Assembly (NCBI RefSeq): GCF_009914755.1
Contig: NC_060945.1
Reading direction: 5' to 3' (one strand)
Length of the DNA: 64,000 nucleotides
DNA from: the human T2T-CHM13v2.0 reference genome, Homo sapiens
Positions 25,572 through 39,596 of this stretch are shown one piece after another. Every line of letters starts with the position of its first letter. Position 1 is the first letter of the stretch. Below the pieces are notes generated by a model. It had not been told where the DNA came from and did no database searches. It saw only the letters and a program-made list of their open reading frames with translations. Made by a program: the position numbers and the translations under genes.

Positions 25572-25790
25572 AAGCTTGTCCAACCCATGGCCTGTGGGCA
25601 ACGTGTGGCCCAGGACAGCTTTGAGTGCAGCCAAACACAAATTTGTAAACATTCTTCAAGCATTATAAGATATTTTATGATTTTTTTAAGCTCATCATCT
25701 ATTGTTAATGTTAGTATATTTTATGTGTGGCTCAAGACAATTCTTCTTATTCGAATGCAGCCAGGGAAGCCAAAAGATTGGACAACCCTG
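25572..25790. mobile_element. MER30 (hAT-Charlie)
   Basis: ttgtccaacccatggcc...gggaagccaaaagattggacaaccctg, with terminal inverted repeats. Confidence 0.88.
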
Positions 25791-26649
25791 CCTACACAGA
25801 CTCTAGACAAGGTTTTATTAATTCCTATGGCTTTAGATACCATTGATATGCATATGGCTCCTACAGACCTCTCCTCCCAAGCTCCAAAACATTATGTGCA
25901 CCTGCCATCTTGAAATCTCCACTGGGATTTTCACAGGCATTCCTAAAATCAGAATTCAAAACTCTTGAGATCTGCCCCCACATCTATGCCACTTCCTCAA
26001 TCATTTCCCTTTTGTTAGTTTATTTCTTCTTCAGCCTTACCATTCTTTATAAAAATCGTCTCCATTTACCCATTTGCTTCTTCCAGAAAGCATCATCATC
26101 CTTGATGCTTTCTTCTTCCTGCAACCCCCCTACCATCACAAGCTGCAACCAAGTACTGTTATTTCACTTTCAAAATATGTGCTAAAATTATCTGCTTCTG
26201 TCATCCGCATCTTTCAGCTGATCTGCAAACATATACTCGTCTTTCCAACTTTTGGCCTCTCCAATACCTTTTCTATGGCACACCCAGAGAGGTTCTTCAA
26301 AAATTTCAATTAGATCATGTCTCTCCTTCGTTTAAAAATATTTAATGATTTTCTACCCACGAAATAATTCTGCTAGACTGCAAGCTCTAAAGATGCAAGG
26401 ACTAGGTTTGCCTTATTTGTTTCTGTTTATGCAGAGCCTAGCCTTGCATTTAGTAGGAAGTTAACACATTGACTTAGATCTTGTCCAACTTCTCAGCCTC
26501 ACCTCTCATGGAAGCACTCATAGACCTCAGTCCAGTTACTCTTTTCTGAGATCCCTGAGCTGGCGTGGTCCAGGGCTGCCTGGGCCGTGATGCATTCACT
26601 CCTGCTTTGTTGGCTGGTATCTGCTTATATTCTTGCTACTGTAACTGAT

Positions 26650-26790
26650 GTCCAAGGCAGTCACATAGGCATCTCTGGGAGCTTGCTAGAGCTCAGGCAC
26701 CACCCTAGATCCAATGAATCAGAATCTGCATGTTGACAAGGTCCCCAGGTGTTTCATATGCACATTCAAGTTTATGGTGCTTTGCTCTAG
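26650..26790. mobile_element. MER5A fragment
   Basis: gaatcagaatctgcatgttgacaaggtccccaggtg. Confidence 0.75.
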
Positions 26791-27240
26791 ATCCCAGCCT
26801 GAGTGTTAGTTCTTTAAAGAGACCTTTCCCAACTGGCCAAATCGTATTAGGTCATGTGATGGATTCACCCACATGGTCTGTGATACAGAAGGGAAAAGGA
26901 GTTGAGGCCTATTGATCAGAAGCTGCCCATTTTACAGTTTTACCTAAGGGTGATCCTATCAAAAGTTCTGGATTTTGTAGAGAAGGATACAAAGTAGTGA
27001 ATAGTTTGATTTGAGAAAATTGAAAATTGCCAGTTTTCTTTGCTTTAACCAATATGTTTGCTCTCCCTCTGAAAATTCCTTGTTACAAGTCCTTAGTTTT
27101 AGTTTGCCACATTATGACACGATGGGAATAATGCACAGCAGTGATCCTCAGTTGGTTTGGGTTTTCAATACACAATTGATCTATGGTTGTGGCATGCATT
27201 GTAGAATGTCCAGCTAGAACACCTATTCTTTCAATTACTT

Positions 27241-27290
27241 TCATTACTTTCAATGGCAAAACCACAATTACTTTTGCACTAATGTGATAG
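27241..27290. mobile_element. MADE1 (mariner MITE) half
   Basis: cattactttcaatggcaaaaccacaattacttttgcac equals the right arm of the MADE1 palindrome. Confidence 0.75.
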
Positions 27291-28182
27291 CTTTGCTACA
27301 AGTCAATTGTTCAGTTTTTTTTTGTTGTTGTTGTTTGTTTTTATTTTTGCAAACACTTTAGATACTGCATAGTGGATGGATTAGTTTGTGGTTCCTGGGA
27401 TCTTCTGTGTATTCTGTTGAAGCTCAATAATCACATTACTGCGGACCTCCAAAATTTTACAAAAGACTGCATAGTGAGTATTCAGCCGATAAACTAAACC
27501 ACAGCTTATTACTGTGAGATGAAAGAAAGCACACCAATGAAAAGTAAACACTGTTTAAACCTATCTCAATGAATTTCTAAAGTGTCATACATTTATTATA
27601 TTCTCTACTTGTAAAATATTTTGTTGTGTGTATTGTCAAGTATTTCAGGATTTTATGGGTATAAAGTATTCTATTAATTTAACTGGAAAACTTGTAGTTA
27701 TTCAACAAGCAAACTAAAAGTGTTGGCAGAGATGTAATTTTAAAGCACAATTCCACTCATTCCTTCAGTATTACAACTGCTCCTTGTTTGTTTAATAATA
27801 GAACTGATGAGTAGTTAATTTGAGAGAAAAGCTGGTGCAGGTGTAGTGCTATTTAGATGTCATGGAGGACACATGTGACATCTGCAGCTAGCTATATGGT
27901 AAAAGCAAAACAGAAGTTAAAATCAGCCCTGTGTCAAATCTGCATAGTTTTAGGCTTCAGAGAGTTTCTCTGTATGTTGAGGCAGGAAGTTTAGTAGAAT
28001 TCCAAGGGAATAAGAGAGGAACCAACATTTGTAGATTTTGCCTTCTATGGGGAAACTCATTCAATCATCAGGAGAACTCTTCAATAGGTTTTATTTGCTC
28101 CGGTTTACCTAGATGAAAAATTGAGACCCAGAATCCATGCTTTTCTTTCCTGGTTACACATTAGAATCACCAATGTGATATT

Positions 28183-28183
<1 letters not shown>

Positions 28184-28225
<42 letters not shown>
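28184..28225. repeat. (CA)n microsatellite
   Basis: Direct observation. Confidence 0.97.
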
Positions 28226-28232
<7 letters not shown>

Positions 28233-28278
28233 ACGATTAAGATGGCTGCTATCAAAAAAGAAAAAACAAAAAAATCAG

Positions 28279-28697
<419 letters not shown>

Positions 28698-28843
28698 TCA
28701 AGAATTTAGACATAGAATTACCATATGATTCAGTAATCCCACTCACATCTATAAATCTCTATATCTGTATCTTTATCTACCTATATCTATCTTCAAAAGA
28801 ATGGAAAGCAGTTACTCAAATAGATACTTGTGCACCTGTGTTC

Positions 28844-29429
28844 TCTCCCCACCCTATCCCCCCCTTTTTTTTTTAATAAATAGGGTCTCATTCTGTTTCC
28901 CAGCCTGGAGTGCAGGGGCTGTTTATAGGCATGATCCCCCTGCTGGGGAGCTGTCCACAGGCACGACCCCCTGCTGCGGGGCTGTCCACAGGCACAATCC
29001 CCTGCTGCGGGGCCATCCACAGGCACAACCTCCCTGCTGCGGGGCTGTCCACAGGCACGAACCCCTGGTGAGGGACTGTCCACAGGCATGACACCCTGCT
29101 GCGGGGCTGTTTACAGGCACGATCTCCCTGCTGCGGGGCTGTCCATGGGCAGGATCTCCCTGCTGCGTGGCTGTCCACAGGCATGACCCCCTGCTGGTCA
29201 AACTGGGAGTTGTGCCCTGCTTTGTCTCCAACCCAGGCCGGTTCGCCCCTCCTTAGGCAACCTGGTAGTCCCTTATCCCAGGAGGTCACTGTACTAATGT
29301 CTAATTTCGTGCAGACATGTGATCAACACAGCACACTGCAGCCCAGTACTCCTGGGCTCAAGCAATCTTCCTGCCTCAGATGCCTGAGTAGCAGGAACTA
29401 CAGGCACATGCCACCACACCTGCCTGCTA
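28844..29429 (-). pseudogene. RN7SL: 7SL (SRP) RNA retropseudogene, full length, with internal minisatellite
   Basis: Antisense S-domain sequence absent from Alu (ggccggttcgcccctccttaggcaacctggtagtcc...ggaggtcac), Alu-domain ends, poly(T) at 28865-28874, TSD cacctgtgttc at 28833-28843 and 29430-29440. Confidence 0.93.
28914..29196. repeat. Minisatellite, 9 x 31-32 bp
   Basis: Consensus cggggctgtccacaggcacgacccc(c)tgctg; units start at 28914, 28946, 28977, 29008, 29040, 29071, 29102, 29134, 29166. Confidence 0.95.
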
Positions 29430-30942
29430 CACCTGTGTTCATTGCAGCATTACAGCAGCCTTATTTACAGGAACCACAAGGTGGAAACAACCTAAAAAGT
29501 CTATTGAGGGATAGATGGATAAACAAAATGTGGTATAGACATAAAATGGAATATTAGTGATCTTTAAAAAGGGAGGTAATTCTGATACTTGCTACCACAT
29601 AGATAAAACTTAAAAACATTATGCTAAGTGAGACGTCAAACACAGACTACGTGATTCCATCTATATGAAGAACCTGGAACAGGCAAATTAATGGAGACAC
29701 AAAGTAGAATAGAGGTTTTCAGGACTGGCAGGAAGTGGAAATGGGCGGGATTAGTGTCTAATGGGCACAGAGTTCCTGTCTGGGATGATAGAATGTTTCA
29801 GAAATGGATAGTGGTGATGATTGCACAGCATTGTGAATGTAGCTAATGACATTGAATTCTTTACCAGAAAACAAAAGCAAAAACAGAAACACATTGCTTA
29901 AGCTTCCCAGTCAGACAGGTGACGTGCTTGGTGTGAGCTGGGGCCTGAGACAAGGCTGCCCTCACCAGAGTGGCTTCAAGACCCTTCTTGGTTGTACTTA
30001 GGCCTGATTGCTCTGGAGAGCCCCATACATGAAAGCCAGCTCTGGTTCTATCTCTTCTCACTTCAGTCCTACCTACCCCCACCATCCCCCAGCTGGGCAT
30101 TATAAGAAAAGCAAGATGACTATGAGTTTTATGATTATTTATATGACCAAATAATCTCAGGGACTATTGCTAACTAACCCATGGGATTCCCACTACCTTC
30201 ATGAGTTTCAGACGAGGTGAAGGGTCCCTAAAATCCTGCCACCTAGTCAGGAACTCAGTTGTCAATAATTTCTTTATTTGTGATACAAGCAGGGGTGGGG
30301 AAAGAGAAATGAACAGACTTGGAAGCTTCTCTGAGGCCCTAGAGAAGACCTCTGGGCCCCGAAAACCAGACGCCAGGAGAAAGGAGGGTGGTTGATGACT
30401 CCCCACTCTTTCTCCAGCCCCTGCTCCTCTGTTTCTCCCCTTCACCCACTGCAGCTTCCTCAGGTCCTGGGTCCCGTGCCATCATCTCTTCGAATGACCT
30501 CCTTTCTATCCCTGTTAATAAAGGAGCATCAGCTAAGTGAACGTGGTGATTTGCATTCACTTATATTGATTCAGAAATTGTGTTTAATTCCACACAAGAA
30601 AAAGAATGTGGATCTTTTTCACCGTGGGAAAAAAGTCGTTAAGTATCATCTTAATCATGTTTTCCTGGGATATAATCTATACATGATGCCTATTTAAGCC
30701 TTCATTGCATCTGTGCACGTGGTTTGCTTTCCTCTTATGTGAAATAGCATTGGACCACACGAGTTTGGGCCACAGCTCAGGAAAACACAATCCTAAACGT
30801 CATAATCCCAAATGTTGAAGTCCCAAAAGATCTAAATCTGTACAGTCTAAAATCCTGAAAATTACAATCCTAAAAAAACAAAATTCTGAACATACAATTC
30901 TGGAAAAAAATTATTAACACATTCTTTAAAAAGCATTTATTG

Positions 30943-31243
<301 letters not shown>

Positions 31244-32065
31244 TTATTTATATTTTTAAGGTGGAATTTGAGAAACGTACAAAAACACAACGGAACGCTT
31301 CCTAGGCCACTTTACACAATCAATAGGCAATAATAACATACATATATTTGCAAGCATAAAACTCAGGTATGCTAACGATAGTCTCACGGGTATAATGGTA
31401 ATGAGCAGATGAGTTGTATTTGTAAAGAAATGGGTCAAAAAGCAAAATGTATAAAAGCATGGTTGGTAACTGGGTGCACTCAGCTTTATAACTTAGGTCA
31501 TCTGGAATATTGTGACAGACAACCTAAGTCTTTTGACCAGATTCATCAAAAGCTGGGATGGGTCACCATCTAATATGTAGTCAAAGAGCTGAGATCCTGA
31601 GGAATTTTCTCTTTCCCAAATGCAAATGTGCAAAAAGGATATCTTCTCATTTATTAAGGAAACTTTAATGTTTTTATGTGCATGTGCAATGGTTACACAC
31701 AAAGTCAGTGTTGTGATAATGCACTCTTGTGGAGTTAAATTTGCAAAAAAAAATGCATAAAACAAATTAGAACTCTCTAAAAGTCTTTGCAAAATTTATA
31801 CCTTCAGTATTGGAAATGATACTAAGATGAAATACACAGCATAGCAACTTGTAAAAAATAATGGTGACAATTTAAAATAGTGGAAAAAATGGAAAAAGAA
31901 ACAACTAAAAAGAAAATTGACACATACAAAGTATATTACATGGATAGATTATGGGCAATTGCAGAGTTCATCATAGCTGGCTGACTTTCATGATCATTAA
32001 CTATATTTTGAAGTCATGCATCACGATGAATAGTTGCCTTTTTTGTTTTTAGGATTTGACTCTCC

Positions 32066-32900
32066 TCATAAAATACATTCACATTCATTTTCTACGTGGC
32101 ACTGCTCCTTTTGAAATTCTTCTATAATTTGATACACACTGACATGAGCATTTCCTATTACATTTTCCAATCTTCTATTCCATTCTCGTCTATTGTTTTG
32201 AGTACGTGGAAATCCATTTTGCAGGCCCTCATATACAGGCCACTCATTTGGCAGAAACAATACTCTTGATTGAACAGCAACACCGTTGCCTAAATGACTT
32301 CTTATCCTACCTTGCACATCATTATTTTCAAACCAGTATGTAATATTTCTGGCTTCTTCAGGCAATTGTGGTTTTAATTTATCAAAAGCTCCTGGAATTT
32401 TATCAGGTGGAAGGAATGCCAATACAGACAAATGACACATTTTTAAACTAAAATTTTCATCATTGCCAGATAGCCTGGCCAATCCACTCACCTGAATTTT
32501 CTGGCAAATGAGCTGGGCTGAATGGAAGATATAAACTTTACTGGTAACAACTTGCATTTCACTTTTAGAAGCCTTGATCACACCTAATTAAAAACTTGTC
32601 ATTATAATTTGGGGATGCAATTGAAATCTATTTTCTTCTGCAAAGCCCTCCAAATCTTCAAATAAGCTTTTAAAAAGTACTTCACTTTTTCCAGTTATTA
32701 AACCATAAACATGCAGATTAAATTACAGAATTTTGTAATCCAATGGGGGCATAAACTGTATAAAGTTGATTTAAAAAACCCACTGGGGACAGTTTTGAAA
32801 GTGCCGTTCATCAGCCAAAGTGAAACATGCACCAGTTTTGTTATGTTAAACTTAGTGGTAAATAAACATGTTTATCTTTTTTGACAGTCAAATCCCTAAT
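32066..32900 (-). pseudogene. MULE-family DDE transposase relic of Ricksha
   Basis: ORF 32066-32581 has (C)xFH-like IFHSAQ and PRTQNNxxEW motifs. Upstream LWLMNGTFKTVP (decayed DGTF, ~32785-32820) and IMTSF* (decayed TDFE). Confidence 0.8.
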
Positions 32901-33159
32901 CAAGAATAGTTCATGATTTAATATGCCTTGTAGCACTGGAGGAAGCTCTGTGCCAGGAGGTGTCTGGCTCAGAAGGCCACTGAATTTTTTGAACTATTTT
33001 TATTATCTCACAAAAGGCATTTTGTGAAGGCAAGCATGGTGCTACCTGTAGAGGTGTTTGGTACATGATTACATAATTTGGCAGACAAGATTTTGTCCAT
33101 TTTTTACTTTCATTTTAACTTCTTCTGTGATATTCAGGACATTCAAAACAGTGACAGCA

Positions 33160-33370
33160 GATCTTCCCCACCTAGTCCGCTCAGACCCACACACTGATCT
33201 CTTCTGAGTAAACCATCACAGACATACCCAAAATAATGCTTTCCCAGCTTTCCAGGGATTCCTTAATCCAGTCAAGTTGACACCTGAAATTAAGTCTGCA
33301 AGTCCACCCCTTGTAGATTTGGCACCCATATGGACCTCCTTAAACCATACATAATTTCCAAATAAAAAGA
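33160..33370 (-). mobile_element. MLT2/ERV-L fragment carried inside Ricksha
   Basis: ccttaatccagtcaagttgacacctgaaattaa (MLT2 LTR start, reversed) followed by agtccaccccttgt. Confidence 0.7.
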
Positions 33371-33476
33371 AAACAAAGCAACAGTTGTACCTAACACGAT
33401 GCAACTAACTTGGTACAACTCTCCTGTGATTGTGATTTTCTGGATTTTAGATGTTAAGAATTTAGACTTTAGGACT

Positions 33477-35856
33477 GGCCATGGTGGCTCATGCCTGTAT
33501 TCCCAGCACTTTGGGAGGCCAAGTCAGGAGGATCACTTGAGCCCAGGAGTTTGAAATCAGCCGGGGCAATAAAGTGAGACCCCATGATATGGTTTGGCTG
33601 TGTCTCCAACCAAATCTCATCTTGATTTGTAGTTCCCATAATCCCCACATATCATGATGGGGACCCAGTGGGAGGTAATTGAATCATGGAGGCAGTTACC
33701 CCCATGCTGTTCTCATGATAGTGAGTGAGTTCTCACAAGATCTGATGGTTTTATAAGGAGCTTTTCCCCCTTTGCTTGTGCTTCTCCTTCCTGCCACCTC
33801 ATGAAGAAGGTGACTTGCTTCCCCTTTGCATTCTACCATGCTTGTAAGTTTCCTGAAGCCTCCCCAGCTATGATGAACTGTGAGTCAATTAAACCTCTTT
33901 ACTTTATAAATTACCCAAGCTTGGTTATGTCTTTATTAGCAGCATGAGAATGGACTGATACAGTAAATATGTACTGAGGTAGTGGGGCTTTGCTATAAGG
34001 ATACCTAAAAACGTGGAAGTGAATTTGGAACTGGGTAACAGGCAGAGGTTGAACAGTTTGCAGGGTTCAGAAGAAGAGAGAAAAATGTGAGGAAGTTTGG
34101 AACTTCCTAGAGACTTGCAGAATGGTTTTGAGGAAAATGCTGATAGTGACATGGACAATGAAGTCCAGGCTGAGGTGGTCTCATATGGAGATGAAGAACT
34201 TGTTGGGAACTGGAGTAAAGATGACTCTTGCTATGCAAAGGGACTGATGGCATTTTGCCCCTGCCCTAGAAATCTGTTGAACTTTAAACTTGAGAGACAT
34301 GGTTTAGGGTATCTGGCAGAATAAATTCCTAGGGAGCAAGGTGTTCAAGAGGAAGCAAAGCATAAAAGTTTTAAAAATTTTGCAGCTTGATGATGAGATA
34401 GAAAAGGAAAACCCATTTTCTGGAGAGAAATTCAAGCCAGCTGCAGAAATTTGCATAAGTAAGGAGGAACTAAATATTAATCACCAAGACAATGGGAAAA
34501 TGTCTTCACGGCATGTCAGAGACCTTCACGGCAACTCAAACCATCACAGGCCAGGAGGCCTAGGAGGAAAAACATGGTTTAATGGGTCCGGTGCAGGGAC
34601 TTGCTGCTCTGTGCAGTCTCAGGACTTGGCGCCCTGTGTCCCAATCATGGCTAAAGGGCCAATGTACAGCTCAAGCCATGGCTTCAGAGGGTACAAGGCC
34701 CAAGCCTTGGCAGCTTACATTAGGTGTTGGGCCTGTGGGTGCACAGAAGTCAAGAATTGAGGTTTGGGTATCTACACCTAAATTTCAGAGGATGCATGGA
34801 AACGCCTGGGTGTTCAGGCACAAATTTGTGACGGGGACGGAGCCCTCATGGGGAACCTCTGCTAGGGCAGTGAGTGCAGAAGGGAAATGTGGGGTCAGAG
34901 CCCCCACACAGTCCCCACTGGGGCACTGTCTAGTGGAGCTGAGAGAAGAGGGCCACCATCCTCCAGACTCCAGAATGGTAGATACACTGACAGCTTACAC
35001 TGTATTGCCTGGAAAAGCCACAGACACTCAGCACCATCCTGTGAAAGCAGCCAGGAGGAAGGCTCTACCCTGCAAAGCAACAAGGGTGGAGCTGCCCAAG
35101 GCCATGAGAGCCCACCTCTTGCTTCAGCGTGACCTGGATGTGAGACATGAAGTCAAAGGAAATCATTTCAGAGCTTCAAGATTTGACTGACCCATTGAAT
35201 TTTGGACTTGCATGGGGCGTGCAGTCCCTTCATTTTGGCCAATTTCTCCCATTTGGAACAGATGTATTTACCCAATGCCTATATCCTCATTGTATCTATG
35301 AAGTAACTAACTTAATTTTGACTTTACAGGCTCATAGGCAGAAGGGCCTTGCCTTGTCTAAGATAAGACTTTGGACTTGGACATTTGGGTTAATGCTGGA
35401 ATGAGCTAAGTCTTTGGGGGACTGTTAGAATGGCATGATCATGTTTTAAAATGTAAGGACATGAAATTTGGAAGGGGCTGAGGGCAGAATGATATGGTTT
35501 GGCTGTGTCCCCACCCAAATCTCACCTTGAAATGTAGTTTCCATAATCCCTACATGTTATGGGAGGAACCCAGTTGGAGGTAATTGAATCATGGGGGTGG
35601 TTACCCCTGTGCTGTTCTCATGGCAGTGAGTGATACCTGAAGGTTTTATAAGCGGCTTTTCCCCTTTTGCTCAGCACTTCCTGGTGCCTTGCTTCTTGTT
35701 TGCATTCACCATGATTGTAAGTTTTCTGAAGCCTTCCCAGCCATGCTGAACTGTGAGTCAATTAAACCTCTTTCTTTTGTAAATTACCCAGGCTCGTGTA
35801 TGTTTTTATTGGGAGCATGAGAATGAACCAATTCACTCTGTCTCTATAAAAAAAAG
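33477..35856 (+). mobile_element. Free left Alu monomer (FLAM-like) split by THE1: 33477-33584 and 35841-35856
   Basis: ggccatggtggctcatgcctgt...gagacccca | tctctataaaaaaaa; TSD agaatttagactttagga / agaatttagaccttagga. Confidence 0.8.
33585..35835 (+). mobile_element. THE1 (C/D-like) MaLR provirus: LTR 33585-33962, internal region, LTR 35490-35835
   Basis: Two LTRs beginning tgatatggtttggctgtgtc, THE1-int sequence between them, CpG-decayed TSD cccca/ctctg. Confidence 0.93.
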
Positions 35857-36699
35857 AGAATTTAGACCTTAGGAATTTTAATCTTTCAGGATTTCAACAT
35901 TCAGTGTTATGGTGTTTGTGACTGGGTCTTCTGGGATTATGATCCTCACCTGGAGTAAACAGCCTCGCAGCTCTCTTCAAACTATGATCCTATTCTCCCA
36001 CTGCCTCCTGAGTTCAGCCTCTTCAACTTGGCTAAGCTTGCCTTTCCTTTCCTGTCTGCTTTCTTTCTTCCCTCTGATTAATCCAAAGTAAAATTTGACT
36101 TTTTTTTTCCATTCCAACAACTCCATCTTCTATCACATATCTCCTTTCATGAAGTTGGCCCATGATAATGTTTCTGTTGACAACAGTATAATATAGACAA
36201 GATTGCATATAGTTAAAGTACGTATTTTATTTATTTGGTGGCAGCATTCTAATAAGAAATTAAAACTATTTCTTTTAAAATCATAATTTAATCACCAGGC
36301 AGAGCAAGTAAAGAGAAATAAGTTTCAGAATGTCACATCTGTCAAAAGTAAATGCTGATTTTTATTGAGGACTTCCTTATTTCTGCCACCAGTTGACTCT
36401 CATACAGCTTGTTCCCAATAGAATCTAGTGTGGAATTGGCAAATGTGGTGTCATACATGCAGCGCTCTACTGGAGCTGATAATTAAGTACCCAGAAATTT
36501 TATGAAGTGTTTGTCAAACCATCAGTAGAAATATTTACACAATGTAAATCAGCAAATGCTACAAATCTGGGCTTTCCCCCACCCAACCAATAGGTTTGCT
36601 AGCATACAACTTTTATTCATCTTGTAAACGTTCAGAATTTCTATAAATATTCATAGACTCTCCTATACTGAGTGTCTCAGAATAACTCGAAATTCTTAA

Positions 36700-37575
36700 A
36701 ATAGCCAGTGAGGCTGAGTGTGAGTTGACCCACCCCAGTCCCTCTCTCTGACCTGTCTCCTGTTAGCCTTCTGACTCCCAGTGTTCTCTACTTCATGCAC
36801 ATGGGCTAGGCACCCTGCTGTTTGCCTGCCTTTTCTTCCACGAGTGCTCTTCCCCAGATATCTGCATAGCTGGTGCCCTCACCTCCTTGGAATCTTTGTT
36901 CAAATGTTATCTTCTCAGTGAGACCTTATCTATATAAGTTTTCTATGATTGCTGGAATAAATTAGCACACCTCTAGTAGCCTAAAAGAACACACACTCTC
37001 TCTAGGGGAGAGAGAACACTTTCTTACCTTCTCCAGCTTTGAAAGGATGCCTGCATCCCTTGGCCCCTGGCCCCCTTCCAGGCAGCAACCACATCATTCT
37101 GACCCTAGCTGTCACGCTTCTTGCCTCAGACTCTCCTGCCTCCCTCTTTTGCTTTTAAGTCCTCTTGTGATGACAATGGGCCAACATGGGTAATCTAGAA
37201 TAATCTCCTCATCTCATGATCCATAACTTCATCACATCCATAAGTCCTTTTTGCCATATAGGGATATGGACATGTAGAAAGTCCATTCTTCTGCCTATTA
37301 CTCCCTCCTTGAGCATTGTAACTACCTTCACATCTACCTGCTCCCAGCATTCCTGAGCTCTCTTCCAAACTTAATTTTTCTCTGTGCCACTTATTACCTT
37401 CCGGCATATTATATATTTTACATATTTATTTTATTAATGATCTGTCTTTTCTCACTGGAATATAATTTGCATGAGGGCAAACATTTTTGTTTTATATCGT
37501 TGACATATTTTCATTATGTTGAACAGTGCCTTGCTTTTAGTAAGGATTCAAGAAATATATAGGTTTTGGCTGAAT
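36700..37575 (+). mobile_element. L2 3' remnant interrupted by an MLT1C-like LTR (36931-37300, minus)
   Basis: ctcttccccagatatctgcatagct...caaatgttatcttctcagtgaga; cactggaatataatttgcatgagggca...gaacagtgcct. Confidence 0.75.
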
Positions 37576-37780
37576 AAATTAGGTTGAGAAGTTTGGGGGG
37601 AAATCCTGGCATGATACAGAAGACGGTTCCCAGTGATGGGAAAGGGCCATGTGGTTGGGCCTCTACAGGAAGCCGGGATGCTCCAGAGGTCCCCCAGGGC
37701 AGAGCTGCTTTGCTCACGTTGAACTCTTTGCCCGAGCTCTGATTTCTAATGTTTTCTTGCATATTTGTTTTTGCTCTGCC

Positions 37781-37919
37781 TTTTTTTAATTAATTTTTTT
37801 ATAGATATGAGGTTTTACTATATTTCTCAGGCTGGTATCAAATTCATGAGCTCAAGCAATCTTCCCACCTCAACCTCCCAAACTGTTATTACTAGAGGTG
37901 CAAGCCACCACACCCGGCC
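37781..37919 (-). mobile_element. FLAM/Alu left monomer
   Basis: ctcaagcaatcttcccacctcaacctccc...gccaccacacccggcc with T tail. Confidence 0.8.
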
Positions 37920-38124
37920 TGCTTTTCTCTTTCTTTGAAATATACTCAAAATGTTTATATTGGTTTCTAACTATAGATCATGAACTCCTGAAGCAAAGTA
38001 ACCACTTTGTTCTTCATTATTTCTTTCACTCTTCTACTCTGCACTGTGCCAGATATTGGATATGTAGGTGCCAAACATTTACTTTTCTGATTTCTTACAT
38101 TTTATTTCTTAAAAATCAGCCTAA

Positions 38125-39596
38125 CCACGTTGTAGAGAGGGATTATTTCCTTCCTTTGTTTTGAAAATTTGTGCATGCCCAATGCTTACATTGTGTGGTT
38201 CAATGTTGCTTCAGCTTTTTTTTTTTTTTTTTTCTATTTTTGCCAGACTTCCGAAACTCTTAAAAGTTGTCTGTGGTCAGCACAGCAAAGAACACGCTTT
38301 AGCTTTGAAAAAATCTTTAACATGAAAAAAATGCACTAACATTGTTTTCAATGTAACATAGGCTAGAATTTACCTATGTTTGCACATGCTGAGAATTGTC
38401 CAACCCGGTTGATGTGTTCACCTCTTCAGCTTGGACCTTGTTGTGAATTTATTTACAAACATCAGTTGCCTTCAAGCCATCCTTTCTGCTGTATGTTTTG
38501 TAGCCTTCTATAGTAGATACACAACAGATAATGTGGAGAGAAAAGACATAAGAAGAGGAAGGTAATGAGAGACGTTGTCAAGGTAGTAACCTTCTTGGTT
38601 TCTTTGAAGAATTTGTTGCCTTTCTACTAAGACAACAAAGAAGCATTTTGTTACTGACCGCCTAAAACCACTCAATCTCAGGTGAATGCATCACTTGCCA
38701 AGCTGTTGGAATGCTATATGTGTTTTGTTGCACAATTTTTTGGTTGTTTATTTGGTTGGCTTTTTGGAAGGCAAATTTGGAAAGGGGACCTACACAGAAG
38801 TGCTGACCCACCCACATTCCCTTATTATCATTACAGACAAGAAGAAACTAGCAGAGCTAAGAATGGAGTGAAGAAAGGCAGTGTGATAAGCACCAGCAAA
38901 GAGTTGAGGGCTGTTGCTCTCTAAATTATTATTTGATTATTTTAAAAGTATGGAAGTTTTCTAGTCACTGAAGAAAGGAGGTGTAAGTGCACTTATTTTT
39001 ACATGGAGTTACTTAACTACCTCCTAAACACATACGTGGCAATTGTTTTTGCTTGTGCAAAGTATTTTAATTAGCAAGAATTCATATATTGAGATTATAA
39101 TTAGAGAGCTCAATTTATATATTTGCTATCCTGCTCAAGCCTGACATGGAAAAAAAAAAAACCAAGTTCACTCCAAAATATATAGCTTCAAAATAATAAA
39201 TACTGGAAAGTTTGCTGTGATAACTATTTTGTACTTTTGTACAAAAAAACTAAAGAACAAATTACCTAAAGAACAATTTGCTAAACATGAGAAATTGCAC
39301 CTTTGAGTATATACAGGTAAGATAGGAAGAGTGTTCAGACCAGTAAATTATAGTTTATATTGAAGATAATATTCAGTTGATTCATAACAAATAACCAGCA
39401 TTCATGATAACATTTCAGCATTTCCAAGGTACCAAGTGTACTGATTTTTAAAAATATATTTTAGAAGGAATTTAGAACTGGTATTTTTAATGAAGACTAG
39501 CATCTCTGATGTTGCAACATGTATGTGAAATGGGTGTTACATCTATCCTGCCCTTTAACCTCACCGTTAACAAAGTGGCTGAAAATAACAGCAAGA
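38125..39596 (+). pseudogene. Putative processed retrocopy of a non-coding (3'UTR-like) RNA segment; parent not identified
   Basis: 14-bp TSD aaaaatcagcctaa (38111-38124, preceded by TT) / aaaaatcagtctaa (39597-39610); AACAAA (decayed AATAAA) 39569-39574 then short A-rich tail; no repeat homology or long ORF recognised. Confidence 0.7.

Larger units (their letters stand above)
23960..26460 (+). mobile_element. L2 LINE remnant, interrupted by MLT1A, microsatellite/L1 and MER30
   Basis: gaaactgcttgtgctaaggtcacca; atctccactgggattttcacaggcat; ctagactgcaagctc L2 3' motif. Confidence 0.7.

Noticed and set aside
28914-29196. CRISPR-like array of ~31-bp repeats, and ORFs over it
   Set aside because: Head-to-tail units with no unique spacers, no cas genes, primate context; ORFs are repeat translations
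34097-35404. ORFs inside THE1 internal region
   Set aside because: Fragmented relics of the non-autonomous MaLR internal sequence
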